Origin: Candidatus Poribacteria bacterium
GTDB taxonomy: Bacteria; Poribacteria; WGA-4E; JAJDTR01
Length of the DNA: 64,000 nt
Assembly: GCA_965222225.1 (NCBI GenBank)
Contig: CBDCTK010000002.1
Coordinates: forward strand, 1,856,001-1,920,000
Direction of reading: 5' to 3'
Part shown: positions 1-10,147 of the stretch, in pieces
Layout of the letters: each line of letters begins with the position of its first letter
Numbering within the stretch: the stretch's first letter is position 1
Notes under the pieces: model-generated
Databases searched by the model: none
What the model saw: the letters and a program-made list of their open reading frames with translations, nothing else
What the model was told of the DNA's origin: nothing
Made by a program: the position numbers and the translations under genes

Positions 1-2
1 AG

Positions 3-1889
3 ATTGGGAAGCAAGCCCAAGAAATAAGCAAAGGGTTGGTTAGATTCTATCACCAATCCATAGTCCCTTTTGCGGTAGGAAACGAGTTCAATGCAGTTGC
101 GAATCAGCCAGTTACGGTCAGAAGGTCACTTTCAACAACTGATACAACCCTTGAAGGCCAGCTAGACGAAGGCAAGTTCCCGTCCGAATTGCGAGAAGCT
201 TTCCAAGAAAACGAGATTGGTTTTTACGGTGACATCCAAGTGTCAGTAAAGGAAAAACACGGCAAATGGCTTATAACCGACACCGGGGATGGGCAGGCGT
301 ATGAAATTCAGATGACGCAAGATCAGTTGTACATTTATTCGGAAACTCTTTATCTTGGGACAGAACACGGTCTGTATCGCTTTGACGGGAACCGAAACAG
401 GATGGTCGATATTACGGATGGAGCCCTAATTGGTCAATCAATTCAAGCAATCTCTACAGCCCCCTTCGCCGAACACCAACTCTTGGTAGGAACACCGGCA
501 GGTTTATTCGGGTACATAGCGCCGTCCATACGAGACGACGCTCTTCATGGGTGGCAACCCGTCGGGGAAGATGTGTTCGCAGGAAAACTTGTTCTGGCAG
601 TGGCAACTCCCATTCCGATGGCGCCTCGCGCTTATGTAGGAACGGACGAAGGAATTTACGCAAGTACAGATAACGGTAGAACATGGAAACATGTCGGTCT
701 TTCCGGATACGCAGTCCGAAGCATTGCGTATGTACCTAATGAAAATCCAAGAATCTACGTCGCTACAGACAAGGGTGTTTACTATGCGGGCGACTCCGAA
801 CCCTGGCGATGGCTCAGACTAGAGTCACGGACTGACGATGCTCCAGCCGCAATCCATACTCTTGTTTTTGCCACCGATGACAGCCAACTCTACGCCGGAA
901 CATCTAATGGAATATATCGCTGGGATGCCCGAAAGAAACGATGGAGCAAGGATAACAGAGAATCGCTCAGACTGCATCAGCCAATTTCGCTGCTGTTTTC
1001 GGATTCGCGAGGAGGACTTTACGCCGGCAATCGAGAAATAATCCATTATCGGAAAACCGCCAAAGCGAAATGGGATTTGATAGCATCCGCCAAAGAAGGA
1101 ATCCTCACTAGACTCGAAGACCTTCCAATGGTAAGCGAAACAGGCATCGTTTCCAATGTAGTCGCCGAGTCAAAGCAATATCTTAAAACGAAACTTCCGA
1201 CATTGGCTCAAACGAGTAGTGAATATCTGGGTAAAGTCGTCTTGATTTTCCCATCCTTTGCTCTTGGATTTGGAGGCTTTTTGGCGACGCTATTCCTGAC
1301 GCTTATGGTTTTCGTCTATGCGGGCCAGTCACTTGTAAACTATATCCGGAATTTTATCAAACTCTTCCCGGAACACAATCGCCCTACTGCCAGACGCTAC
1401 ATGGCCGAGATTGACCGAAATCTGCAGTCATTCCTTAAGGGTCAAGTCACTGTAATTGTTATCATCAGCGTTATCTCGATTGTTGTTTATTCAATCGTCG
1501 GTGTGCCGTTCGCTTTAGTTGTCGGGATACTTGCGGGAGTATGCAACGCGATTCCCACCTTTGGCCCCTATATTGGTGGCGCGTTTGCCCTGCTTTCGAT
1601 GTTAATGGGACTGGCTGCGGGCAACTTTGAGTTGGTCGAGTTCTTGGTTCGCATCGCTGTTGTGCTGGGAGCGATTGCCGGAATTCAGGCAGTGGATAAT
1701 TCTTTGATTTCGCCGAAGGTCATGGGAAGTGCTGTTGACGTAGATCCGTTGCTCATTATGTTTGGCGTGATTGTGGGCGCCGTTGTGCTCGGTTTCTGGG
1801 GGGTCATCTTGGCAATACCAATTATTGTCGTTATAAAGTCGGTGTTCACTGTTTCAAATGAACTTCGATCGCCTAACTCAGAACTGTAG
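3..1889 (+). CDS. AI-2E family (PerM-like) transporter carrying a large beta-propeller-like soluble region; 5' end lies outside the window
   Basis: Frame is open from position 3. C-terminal hydrophobic region has AI-2E motifs (FLKGQV, GVPFAL, NAIPTFGPYIG, DNSLISPKVMG, GFWGVILAIP). Upstream part has repeated 'LYxGTxxGlY' blades. Confidence 0.8.
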   Translation: MGKQAQEISKGLVRFYHQSIVPFAVGNEFNAVANQPVTVRRSLSTTDTTLEGQLDEGKFPSELREAFQENEIGFYGDIQVSVKEKHGKWLITDTGDGQAYEIQMTQDQLYIYSETLYLGTEHGLYRFDGNRNRMVDITDGALIGQSIQAISTAPFAEHQLLVGTPAGLFGYIAPSIRDDALHGWQPVGEDVFAGKLVLAVATPIPMAPRAYVGTDEGIYASTDNGRTWKHVGLSGYAVRSIAYVPNENPRIYVATDKGVYYAGDSEPWRWLRLESRTDDAPAAIHTLVFATDDSQLYAGTSNGIYRWDARKKRWSKDNRESLRLHQPISLLFSDSRGGLYAGNREIIHYRKTAKAKWDLIASAKEGILTRLEDLPMVSETGIVSNVVAESKQYLKTKLPTLAQTSSEYLGKVVLIFPSFALGFGGFLATLFLTLMVFVYAGQSLVNYIRNFIKLFPEHNRPTARRYMAEIDRNLQSFLKGQVTVIVIISVISIVVYSIVGVPFALVVGILAGVCNAIPTFGPYIGGAFALLSMLMGLAAGNFELVEFLVRIAVVLGAIAGIQAVDNSLISPKVMGSAVDVDPLLIMFGVIVGAVVLGFWGVILAIPIIVVIKSVFTVSNELRSPNSEL

Positions 1890-1914
1890 AGAACGCAAAG
1901 CTGCGTTCTCTACA
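1885..1914. repeat. GTAG-type REP hairpin overlapping the stop codon
   Basis: TGTAGAGAACGCA-AAGC-TGCGTTCTCTACA is a perfect inverted repeat; a related copy lies at 39371-39399. Confidence 0.7.
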
Positions 1915-2044
1915 AAACTCCAATTGATCGCAGTTTTGCCTTGTCTCCTTACACATCACGAGTTACGCATTAATTCTCGTATAGCAGAAACATTTCCGAT
2001 AGATCTCGGTGCGGCTTGATATTGCGCAAAGTTGAGAACGAAAA

Positions 2045-3379
2045 ATGATACGACTCGTTGTTGCCATCGTTGGAAGACCAAACGTGGGCAAATCATCGCT
2101 TTTCAATTGCATTACCAAAAAACGAATCGCCGTTGTCCATGATCACCCCGGTGTGACGCGAGATCGCAACTATGCCGATGTGGATTGGGGCGACTCTCGT
2201 TTCACTATCGTGGATACAGGCGGGCTGGATCTCGACCCAGACGATACATTGATTGACTCGGTGCAGTTTCAAGTCGAAACCGCCATTGACGAAGCGACGG
2301 TAATTCTCTTTGTTGTTGATGCACAAACGGGAATTCTGGCACAGGACCTTGTTGTTGCCGATAAGCTGAGAGAAACGGACAAGCCTATTTTTGTGGTCGT
2401 AAATAAATCGGATAATGAGCGACTTCGAGCTGAGGGGAGCGAGTTCTATGAACTTGGACTAACCGAGCCATTCTTCATTTCCTGTGCCCACAATCATGGA
2501 ATTGGTGAACTTCTGGATGAGGTGGCGTTTAATCTCCCAGCCTCAGAAACGGAAGTATCCGCGCCGTCTCAAGGCATCAAAATTGCCATTGTCGGGCGCC
2601 CAAACGTGGGGAAATCCTCAATTATTAACACCATCCTTGGCGAAGAACGCATGATTGTTGACGACCGTCCCGGCACTACTCGCGATGCGGTCAATATTCG
2701 CTTTGTCTATGATAACATCCCGTTTGAGCTAATTGACACGGCAGGCATGCGCCGCAGGTCGGTAATTGACGACGAACTTGAGGAAGTGACTGTGCAGCGG
2801 GCGATTCGCAGCATTCGTCAGAGCGACATTGCTTGGCTAATCCTTGACGCCACTCAAGAAGTGGCGCGCCAGGATAAGGTGATAGCCAGCTTTATCGCTC
2901 GGGAAGGAGTAGCAAGCATATTGGGGGTCAATAAATGGGATCTCATTCAGAAGGACAACCTAACCCATAACAAGTTCCTCGAGGAGATTTACCGCCAACT
3001 TCCACAACTCACCTATGTGCCCGCCGTGTTTACATCCGCAGAGACGGGGCAACGCGTGAAGAAATTATTGAGTCTTAGTTTGACGGTCCACCGAGAATAC
3101 TGCACGCGTGTGCCTACACATGCCCTTAATGAACTCCTACTGCAATTGAAAAGTGGCCATCAGCATCCGCGAGCAGGTAAGGTGCGCCCGACACTGAAAT
3201 ATATGACCCAAATCAAGACCGAACCACCAACCTTTCTAATATTTGCCCGTCATCCGAATAAGATTTCCCAGCCCTACGAATCCTACCTAATCAACGGAAT
3301 TCGGGATGCCTTCGGCTTTCACGGAACGCCGATACGAATCTACTATCGCTCCTCCGATGCAAAGCAGTCGAAGCATTGA
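2045..3379 (+). CDS. der: Ribosome biogenesis GTPase Der (EngA)
   Basis: Two tandem G domains (GRPNVGKSS twice, DTGG/DTAG, NKSD/NKWD) and a C-terminal KH-like domain ending [10 protein letters not shown]. Confidence 0.97.
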   Translation: MIRLVVAIVGRPNVGKSSLFNCITKKRIAVVHDHPGVTRDRNYADVDWGDSRFTIVDTGGLDLDPDDTLIDSVQFQVETAIDEATVILFVVDAQTGILAQDLVVADKLRETDKPIFVVVNKSDNERLRAEGSEFYELGLTEPFFISCAHNHGIGELLDEVAFNLPASETEVSAPSQGIKIAIVGRPNVGKSSIINTILGEERMIVDDRPGTTRDAVNIRFVYDNIPFELIDTAGMRRRSVIDDELEEVTVQRAIRSIRQSDIAWLILDATQEVARQDKVIASFIAREGVASILGVNKWDLIQKDNLTHNKFLEEIYRQLPQLTYVPAVFTSAETGQRVKKLLSLSLTVHREYCTRVPTHALNELLLQLKSGHQHPRAGKVRPTLKYMTQIKTEPPTFLIFARHPNKISQPYESYLINGIRDAFGFHGTPIRIYYRSSDAKQSKH

Positions 3380-3610
3380 ACCGTACACCAGCCTCTTCAC
3401 ATGGACAGCCTAACGAAAACGTGTTATCCTGATACCTAGGTGAGTAAAGGATCGAACGACTGCAGTTTCATCCTAGCGTCATAGCATTGTACGACTCCCA
3501 CGCTGCCGCCCCACACCCGGAATCTGTAAACTGCCTCTCCTGTTTTCTCGTTTACCACGTTGTCGGCGCACCTGCCCGGAGCTGACCGAGTCGAATTAAG
3601 GAGATAGGCG

Positions 3611-6600
3611 TTGTATTCGATTATAACGAGAGGCTACTTATATCATACCCCTCTAGTCATTTTACTCATCTTAGTCCTCCCTTGTTTCAGCACTCACGCA
3701 AAACCCGTTACCAAGGATCCGAAGTTAACCCAACATTACTCGGAACTTCGAGAAGATTCTGCGGAATCGCCCGAAACCGAGGGTGAATTCGTGAAAGATC
3801 CGAGTTGGGAAACTGAATCCGCCGATCAGCACGATGAAGATGATTGGTGGAGGAGTGCTTCCGAACCGGAACCCCCGACCCCACCTCCCCTAGACCCTTT
3901 TACGCCAGATGCGGAAGACACTTCCATACCCTCCAGGATATTGGCTCCATATTATGAATCGTTACAAAGATGGAAAGATGCACCACTCATGATTGAACCT
4001 CGGATGCTATACGATCTCAAGGAGGATGGTTCCGGGATTGATGAGGAAAAAGGCCTCGCCCTGCCGCTCCAATCTAATCTTCAGATTACCGGACACAAGT
4101 CCGTTACGATTGAAGGCAATGTAACACACTATTTTGGTGAGAGTGATGCCAACCGTTACGCTGGATACAGCACCTATGGGGGTAATAGGCCAGGTCTCGA
4201 CCTCGGCTTAACATCCTCCTACGGATATGACGATTTTGGAAGTTTCGGAGGAGGTTACGGCGGCGGATATGGCTCTGAATATGGGAGCGGGTATGGGGGC
4301 GGCTACGGGAGTGGGTACGGCGGAAGTTTCAGTACATTCGGCAGAGGTGGTGTGGCGCGTGCCACAGGATTCAACCTTCGGCAAACACTCCGAGTTGGGT
4401 TGCATGGCCGCGTTGGTGAGCGTACCCACGTTGCCGTCGATTATAGCGATTCGGACGATTCCTTCGGAGGTGGCTATGGCGGATACGGGGGATATGGTGG
4501 CGGTCTGGGCGGCGCAAAACAACAAAAGATTAAAGTGTGGTATGAGGGCAAGCCGGATAGTATTCTCAAAACAATATCTTTTGGCGACATCACACTGAAT
4601 TTGCCGAATACTCGGTTTCTGAACATCAATCGAAATCTCTTCGGACTCGAAGCGGTTGCACAATTAGGGGGACTCAAGATGACAACCTTCGGTTCTCGAA
4701 GCAAAGGGATATCGGACACGCGGCGTTTCAGAGGGGAATCAACGAGAGCGGGGTACGGTCGAGGCGTCCAGATTGCTGATGCCAACTATGTCAAAGATCG
4801 ATTCTACTCTATCCATCGTGGTGAAGACGATGTTGTACACGAGTCCTATCTGCCGATAAAAAGTGGTAGCGAAGAAATCTATATTGACGACAACGTCGCA
4901 GGCAATAATCAGGGAGGGCAACGCACCGTACGGGGGTACTTCAACCTCCAATTCCCGGGGCAGGATTACAACATCAATTATGAGACCGGAGAGATTGAGT
5001 TTTTAACACCAATCTCCCCCGGCTATACAATCGCCGTTGCTTACGAGTATCTCGGCGATGGCGGAGGGCAGGTTGGGAATCCCGGTAACGTTTTCGTGGA
5101 TGAAAATGATGACGGCTCGATTGATGAGGAGGGAGAGGAAATCGGATACGTTATACTCAAGGACAAAGGATACCGTGGAACAGAAGCGCGTCGGGTCTAC
5201 AACTTGGGCAATCGAAATATTAACCCGCGAGACTATCAAATCACAATTTGGCGGCAAGGCGTTGGAGAGGCATTTGAAACTGATGATGGACCCGTATTAT
5301 ACATTGAAATCTTTGGGCTAGATCAGAATGGCGATGGCAGCATCGATCCGGAGTTTATCGATTTTGACCGTGGTTTGCTGACCTTTCCTGCCACGCGTCC
5401 ACGTCCATTTGTGATTGACAATCCAGAGAGCCCATACTATAAGTACCGAGATCAGCTGAATAACGAGGCCATCTATCTTGAAAACCCGCGCACGGCAGAT
5501 CAAATTTACACCATCGTCGCCGACTACGCCTATCAGTCAGGCACCTACAATGTTGGACTATTTGTGATTCCTGGAAGCGAAACTGTTCGATTGAATAGCA
5601 GAAGGCTACAGCGGGATGTCGATTACATGATGGTGTACGAGGTTGGGAGCCTTACGTTCTTTACCCAACTTGATGAGTTCGATGTCATCGAGGTTGAGTT
5701 CGAGAGAACGCCGTTCGGCGGTTCTTTGCAGCAAACTGTCGCGGGCGTATGGCTTGAATACTCCTACGTGCCGAAGCAAAAACCGCCGGAAGAGCAGAAG
5801 CAAGAAGATCGATTTGGAAGGCTGGGAAGGGGGCAGGATTCTTTTGGTGAGAGAAACCGAATCGGAGGTGGAAGTTCCTTCGGCGGAGGCAGCGGAGGCT
5901 ACGGTAGTGGGTTTGGTGGAGGATATGGCGGTGGGTTCGGCGGAAGCAGCTCTTACTCAAGCCTTGGTGGACGTTCCAGATACGGACTCACTTCAGGGAG
6001 AAGTAGCTATTTTAATCCTGTATACAAGAAAGGGTTTAGCCTATCGACGGGTTATATTCTAAATACGGGGAGCAAACCGAGCACCATTCCGGATGTGAAC
6101 AATGCCCCCAGTCGCCTACAAGCGTTTAACATCAACACAAGCGCTGGACGGAATTTCAACCTAGCTTGGTTCGTCAATCCGTTACCATTCGTGTCGGTGG
6201 AGTATTTCCCGTTGTCAATTGACTTTAGCGGCGAATCAGCGTTTTCTCATAACAACCCCAACAGTGTTTCCGTTGCGCTAATCGATAGCATGGAGGGAGC
6301 GCGCGATTCATCAAACATCCCCACATTCAAATACAACTGGCGCGTGGCAAGTCCGCCAGCGGTGGATGGATTAACGCCCGATAACCGCGCCCTCTTTCAT
6401 GTGCTGCTAAAAGATAAAGATGAGTCTAAAGCGGTCGGCAATTATATGCGCAACCGCGAAGTACCCGCCTCCGCCATCAACTCGCTATTGCAATCCACGG
6501 AACAGCGCCTTGTTATGGAGGTCGGTTATGATTTCACGGATGTTGTTGAAGAATGGGGCGGTTTTTCTTACGGCATCTCTGCGTCGGGGACCGATTTCTC

Positions 6601-9600
6601 TGAACGTGAATTTCTAGAAATTTGGCTACGAGTCCAAGGTGACGACGACGTGACGCTGTTACTCGATCTTGGGATTCTCAATGAAGACACAGACTATGAT
6701 GGTAGACTTGATAGCGAAGACCTACCTCTAGATCTTGAGGACCTCAATGGAGACGATAAGATTGACACATTGGATCTTGATTTGGAGAACCTGCCAGGAT
6801 CCCAAAAATACAGCGCTAACGGTTCCCTCGATACGGGCGAAGACGAAGGTTGGATTTATGACGGGGCTCTCCAACCCACGCCATTTGGAAGCGACAACCA
6901 AGTTTTGGATACCGAGGATCTCAACGGCGACGGTGTGCTAGACACTGTTGATGCATACCTTGAAATCCCCATTTCATTGAATGATTTACCGGAAGAATGG
7001 GTTAAGAAGCGCAATGACAACGGGTGGGTTTTTCTAAGCATTCCCCTCCGTGCGGCGAATGTTTATGGCAGCCGCCTGCCGAATCTCGGGTTCGTTCAAC
7101 ACTTCCGTTTTTGGCTATTAAAGAACAAACCCGGCAAACTGCGGGGAAAACTGGAATGGGCGTCAATCGAAATCGTTGGGAACCGATGGGAACGAGGGGT
7201 GGTTACACAAAACGGCACTATCGTCACGAATACTAATGAAAAATTCTCTGTCGGCACGAAGGACAATTTCAACTTCAACGACTACCAGAAAGCCTACGAG
7301 GAAATTAAAGATGACAATGCCTTCAAAAAGTTGCATCCGTATACGGATGTCACGTTTGGATTCGGCACCCGCCAACAGCGAGAACAGGCACTCGTGTTAG
7401 ACTACAACCTTCTACCCAACTCGTTCGCCGTGACATCGCAACGGCTACGCGGCGTTCAGCAAGGGGAAGGGCAAGACTTTTCCAAACACAACAAGCTAAA
7501 ATTTTGGGTCTACGGCGATAAAAATCGCGAAACGCTTGTATTGCGATTGGCGCCGAGTGTCCGAACCAGTTATCGCTCGTTTTACGGCTCGTCCGACCCG
7601 TTTTCCGACCCGCGCTCGCAGCAGGAGGATGACGTGGACATCTTCGAGAATTTGACGAACTACTACGAGTTCACGCAGGAGATTGACTTTGATGGTTGGA
7701 AACTCATTGAAATCGATCTGGAGGATGTTCAACGGAACGAATATCCGGACATTGTAACCCCAACTGAGGTCCTTGAGGAACCATCAGATTCAAGTCAACC
7801 CGCCACGCCTCAACCTGACGGTCACCCCGACGGATTTGTCGTCCGGGGAACAAATAGTGCCCAACTCTCCATTAAAAATATCGGCGGTATCCTACTCGGC
7901 ATCCGCAACGACCGTGGCGAAGAAATCAGCGGTGAAGTATGGGTGAACGAAATCCATTTGAGCGATCCGCTAGTGCGCTCCGGTTGGGCACGACGTGGAA
8001 ATGTGTCCGTGTCACTTGGAAACCTGTTGAGCGTGCGGGGGGGATATGCCAGTCAAGATAAGGACTTTGAGAACTCAGCCGGCGAAACCGGACGTCAACG
8101 CCAACAACAGCGGGGCTTCAGCACCACGAACAACGATTTGAATATAGACACCGATCTTAATCTCTTTCGGTGGCTTCCTATTAGCTACAACTTCCGAGAG
8201 AATGAGTCCGAAACCGAAAGCAGAAGCGGTTCATTCAGTTCGTTCCAGAGCGGCAAGAGTAAAACCAAAAACCAAGATCTTTCCGTTCGATTCCACCTCC
8301 CTCCGTACCCGTCAATTGGGCTTGCCTACAATCATCAAGACTTTTGGAATGAACGTCAAGGTACGAAAGTTAGCGACCTGTATACCGGAACTTTCCAATA
8401 TAATCTTGGATCAAAGCTAGGCTTGAATCTTCAATACCGGCATGAGGATGTCGACGCCGATACCGGGACGGCAGCCGGTGTTTCGTCGAGTAGCGGCTAC
8501 TCCGGCTTCGGCTCTAGCTACGGTTCTGGTTACGGTTACGGATATAGCAGAAATCAAGATGAAAAAGTTGATGACGGCTCCATTTCACTCAATATTAGTC
8601 CATTTTCTAGTTTTAGCCTAAATCCAACCTACGATGTTCGCCGGATTCTGGAGAAGCGCGAAAGCTCTCCGGAAGCGCCCACTTCCGAACCGGAGTTTAC
8701 TATTGCGAGCCGTGAGCATCGTTTCTCAATGACGCCACGTCTCAATCGCGACCTTTTGGGAATGCGCCCAACCATTAACAACCGGGTTAGCTTGCGCGAG
8801 AACTGGTTTAGCAAGCAGAAAGATATCTCAATCAATGCGAACATTGGGCTTGGAGTAAATATACGACCCCACGTCTGGTTTGGATGGTTGCTACGTAAAC
8901 CAGAAGAAGAGCCAGAAGCGAAGCCAGAAAAACTGGAATCTGTGGATAAGCCTGAGGACGAGTTGCAGACAGAATCGCCGCGAAATCCTTCAGAAGCCGA
9001 TGCTTTCGACGATGAGGTAGAAATGGAAGAACGGCGGCGACAACGGCTTGATAGGATGGAGCGAATGGGGGTAGACACGGAGAGGATACAAGACTTGGAA
9101 GATGAAAGAGGCGACTGGATTAGCCGAGACAAGGCTGAACTTGAACGAAAGTTGAGAGAGCGACGCGGAAGAAAGAAGGACGTGGGTATGGGAGTTTGGA
9201 GAAAAAGTCTCCAAAGTTTTGCCGTAAATACAAACGTAAGCTTCGACATTCAAGATTCTTTTCGGAGGTTAGACGCGGGGCAGTCGGTACTTGGTGTTCT
9301 GGATTTTCCGGATGAAGATGAACGGCGAACTCAGTCACGCCAAGGGCAACGTTACACTGTCCGCGGCTCTGTAGACCCATGGTCATGGGTGTCGTTGGGC
9401 ACAAATGTATCGCTCACAAACAATTTCGCGAAAACATCAAGCACCACTTCCCGGAATAAGTCCAAAAACTATGAAGGTGATGTAAAGTTTTTCAATGCCA
9501 AGAATTCTTCAAGTTTTCAGGTGCGCTATGGCTTCACACGCCGAGATCGGCGTAACCTTGCGACATTGATTAGCGAAAGCTCCGCCCACAATCCCTCAAT

Positions 9601-10030
9601 AAGTTGGAGGCAATCGTGGAGGCAGGAAACTAGCAGTTCACTAGGAATCCGTGTAACGCTTCGCGAGCAGCAAAGAAGTGGTGGCTCCATCAGGAGTACT
9701 TCTCTGATAGTTACGCCTAACATTAATTTTGACTATAGTCTTAATGTAGAAAGAGGCGTTTGGATGCCGTTCTTTGGTAAGATTAAACTCAAACACGACC
9801 TTAAAATGAGCAACACGTTCTCGACCGTTGTTCGACGCGAACGCTTTGGCGCGAATCAAGAGGAAAAATCTGAGCGGTACGAGACAACTGTACGCGCAAA
9901 TTACGAGCTGAGCACCCGGTTGAGTGCGCAACTCAATCTTGGTTTGAGCTACAACAACGATCGTGTCGAGGAGGGCAAGGATTTCTTCTCGGTAGCAAGC
10001 TCCCTCTCGGTACGAGGCGAGTTTCAGTGA
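3611..10030 (+). CDS. sprA: SprA-like large outer-membrane protein (type IX secretion translocon homolog)
   Basis: Signal peptide. SprA-like segments: 'KIKVWYEG..DSILKTISFGDITLNLPNTRF..RNLFGLEAVAQLG', 'IPGSETVRLNSRRLQRDVDYMMVYEVG', 'DTEDLNGDGVL', 'GEVWVNEIHLSD'. Amphipathic beta-strand C-terminal third ending VRGEFQ. RBS AAGGAG upstream of TTG. Confidence 0.8.
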   Translation: MYSIITRGYLYHTPLVILLILVLPCFSTHAKPVTKDPKLTQHYSELREDSAESPETEGEFVKDPSWETESADQHDEDDWWRSASEPEPPTPPPLDPFTPDAEDTSIPSRILAPYYESLQRWKDAPLMIEPRMLYDLKEDGSGIDEEKGLALPLQSNLQITGHKSVTIEGNVTHYFGESDANRYAGYSTYGGNRPGLDLGLTSSYGYDDFGSFGGGYGGGYGSEYGSGYGGGYGSGYGGSFSTFGRGGVARATGFNLRQTLRVGLHGRVGERTHVAVDYSDSDDSFGGGYGGYGGYGGGLGGAKQQKIKVWYEGKPDSILKTISFGDITLNLPNTRFLNINRNLFGLEAVAQLGGLKMTTFGSRSKGISDTRRFRGESTRAGYGRGVQIADANYVKDRFYSIHRGEDDVVHESYLPIKSGSEEIYIDDNVAGNNQGGQRTVRGYFNLQFPGQDYNINYETGEIEFLTPISPGYTIAVAYEYLGDGGGQVGNPGNVFVDENDDGSIDEEGEEIGYVILKDKGYRGTEARRVYNLGNRNINPRDYQITIWRQGVGEAFETDDGPVLYIEIFGLDQNGDGSIDPEFIDFDRGLLTFPATRPRPFVIDNPESPYYKYRDQLNNEAIYLENPRTADQIYTIVADYAYQSGTYNVGLFVIPGSETVRLNSRRLQRDVDYMMVYEVGSLTFFTQLDEFDVIEVEFERTPFGGSLQQTVAGVWLEYSYVPKQKPPEEQKQEDRFGRLGRGQDSFGERNRIGGGSSFGGGSGGYGSGFGGGYGGGFGGSSSYSSLGGRSRYGLTSGRSSYFNPVYKKGFSLSTGYILNTGSKPSTIPDVNNAPSRLQAFNINTSAGRNFNLAWFVNPLPFVSVEYFPLSIDFSGESAFSHNNPNSVSVALIDSMEGARDSSNIPTFKYNWRVASPPAVDGLTPDNRALFHVLLKDKDESKAVGNYMRNREVPASAINSLLQSTEQRLVMEVGYDFTDVVEEWGGFSYGISASGTDFSEREFLEIWLRVQGDDDVTLLLDLGILNEDTDYDGRLDSEDLPLDLEDLNGDDKIDTLDLDLENLPGSQKYSANGSLDTGEDEGWIYDGALQPTPFGSDNQVLDTEDLNGDGVLDTVDAYLEIPISLNDLPEEWVKKRNDNGWVFLSIPLRAANVYGSRLPNLGFVQHFRFWLLKNKPGKLRGKLEWASIEIVGNRWERGVVTQNGTIVTNTNEKFSVGTKDNFNFNDYQKAYEEIKDDNAFKKLHPYTDVTFGFGTRQQREQALVLDYNLLPNSFAVTSQRLRGVQQGEGQDFSKHNKLKFWVYGDKNRETLVLRLAPSVRTSYRSFYGSSDPFSDPRSQQEDDVDIFENLTNYYEFTQEIDFDGWKLIEIDLEDVQRNEYPDIVTPTEVLEEPSDSSQPATPQPDGHPDGFVVRGTNSAQLSIKNIGGILLGIRNDRGEEISGEVWVNEIHLSDPLVRSGWARRGNVSVSLGNLLSVRGGYASQDKDFENSAGETGRQRQQQRGFSTTNNDLNIDTDLNLFRWLPISYNFRENESETESRSGSFSSFQSGKSKTKNQDLSVRFHLPPYPSIGLAYNHQDFWNERQGTKVSDLYTGTFQYNLGSKLGLNLQYRHEDVDADTGTAAGVSSSSGYSGFGSSYGSGYGYGYSRNQDEKVDDGSISLNISPFSSFSLNPTYDVRRILEKRESSPEAPTSEPEFTIASREHRFSMTPRLNRDLLGMRPTINNRVSLRENWFSKQKDISINANIGLGVNIRPHVWFGWLLRKPEEEPEAKPEKLESVDKPEDELQTESPRNPSEADAFDDEVEMEERRRQRLDRMERMGVDTERIQDLEDERGDWISRDKAELERKLRERRGRKKDVGMGVWRKSLQSFAVNTNVSFDIQDSFRRLDAGQSVLGVLDFPDEDERRTQSRQGQRYTVRGSVDPWSWVSLGTNVSLTNNFAKTSSTTSRNKSKNYEGDVKFFNAKNSSSFQVRYGFTRRDRRNLATLISESSAHNPSISWRQSWRQETSSSLGIRVTLREQQRSGGSIRSTSLIVTPNINFDYSLNVERGVWMPFFGKIKLKHDLKMSNTFSTVVRRERFGANQEEKSERYETTVRANYELSTRLSAQLNLGLSYNNDRVEEGKDFFSVASSLSVRGEFQ

Positions 10031-10147
10031 AAGATTGGGGAAAACACATACAGACGCCGGGATATTCCGGCGGTTGGCATTTCGCAAATCATAACGGAAC
10101 ACAGATGCGTGTTCCATACCGATTGTATTTGCCGAAATCCCGGATGT

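Noticed and set aside
3380-3610. Riboswitch or sRNA upstream of the sprA-like gene
   Set aside because: No recognisable aptamer or convincing stems; only a weak promoter-like TGGACA-17-TATCCT.
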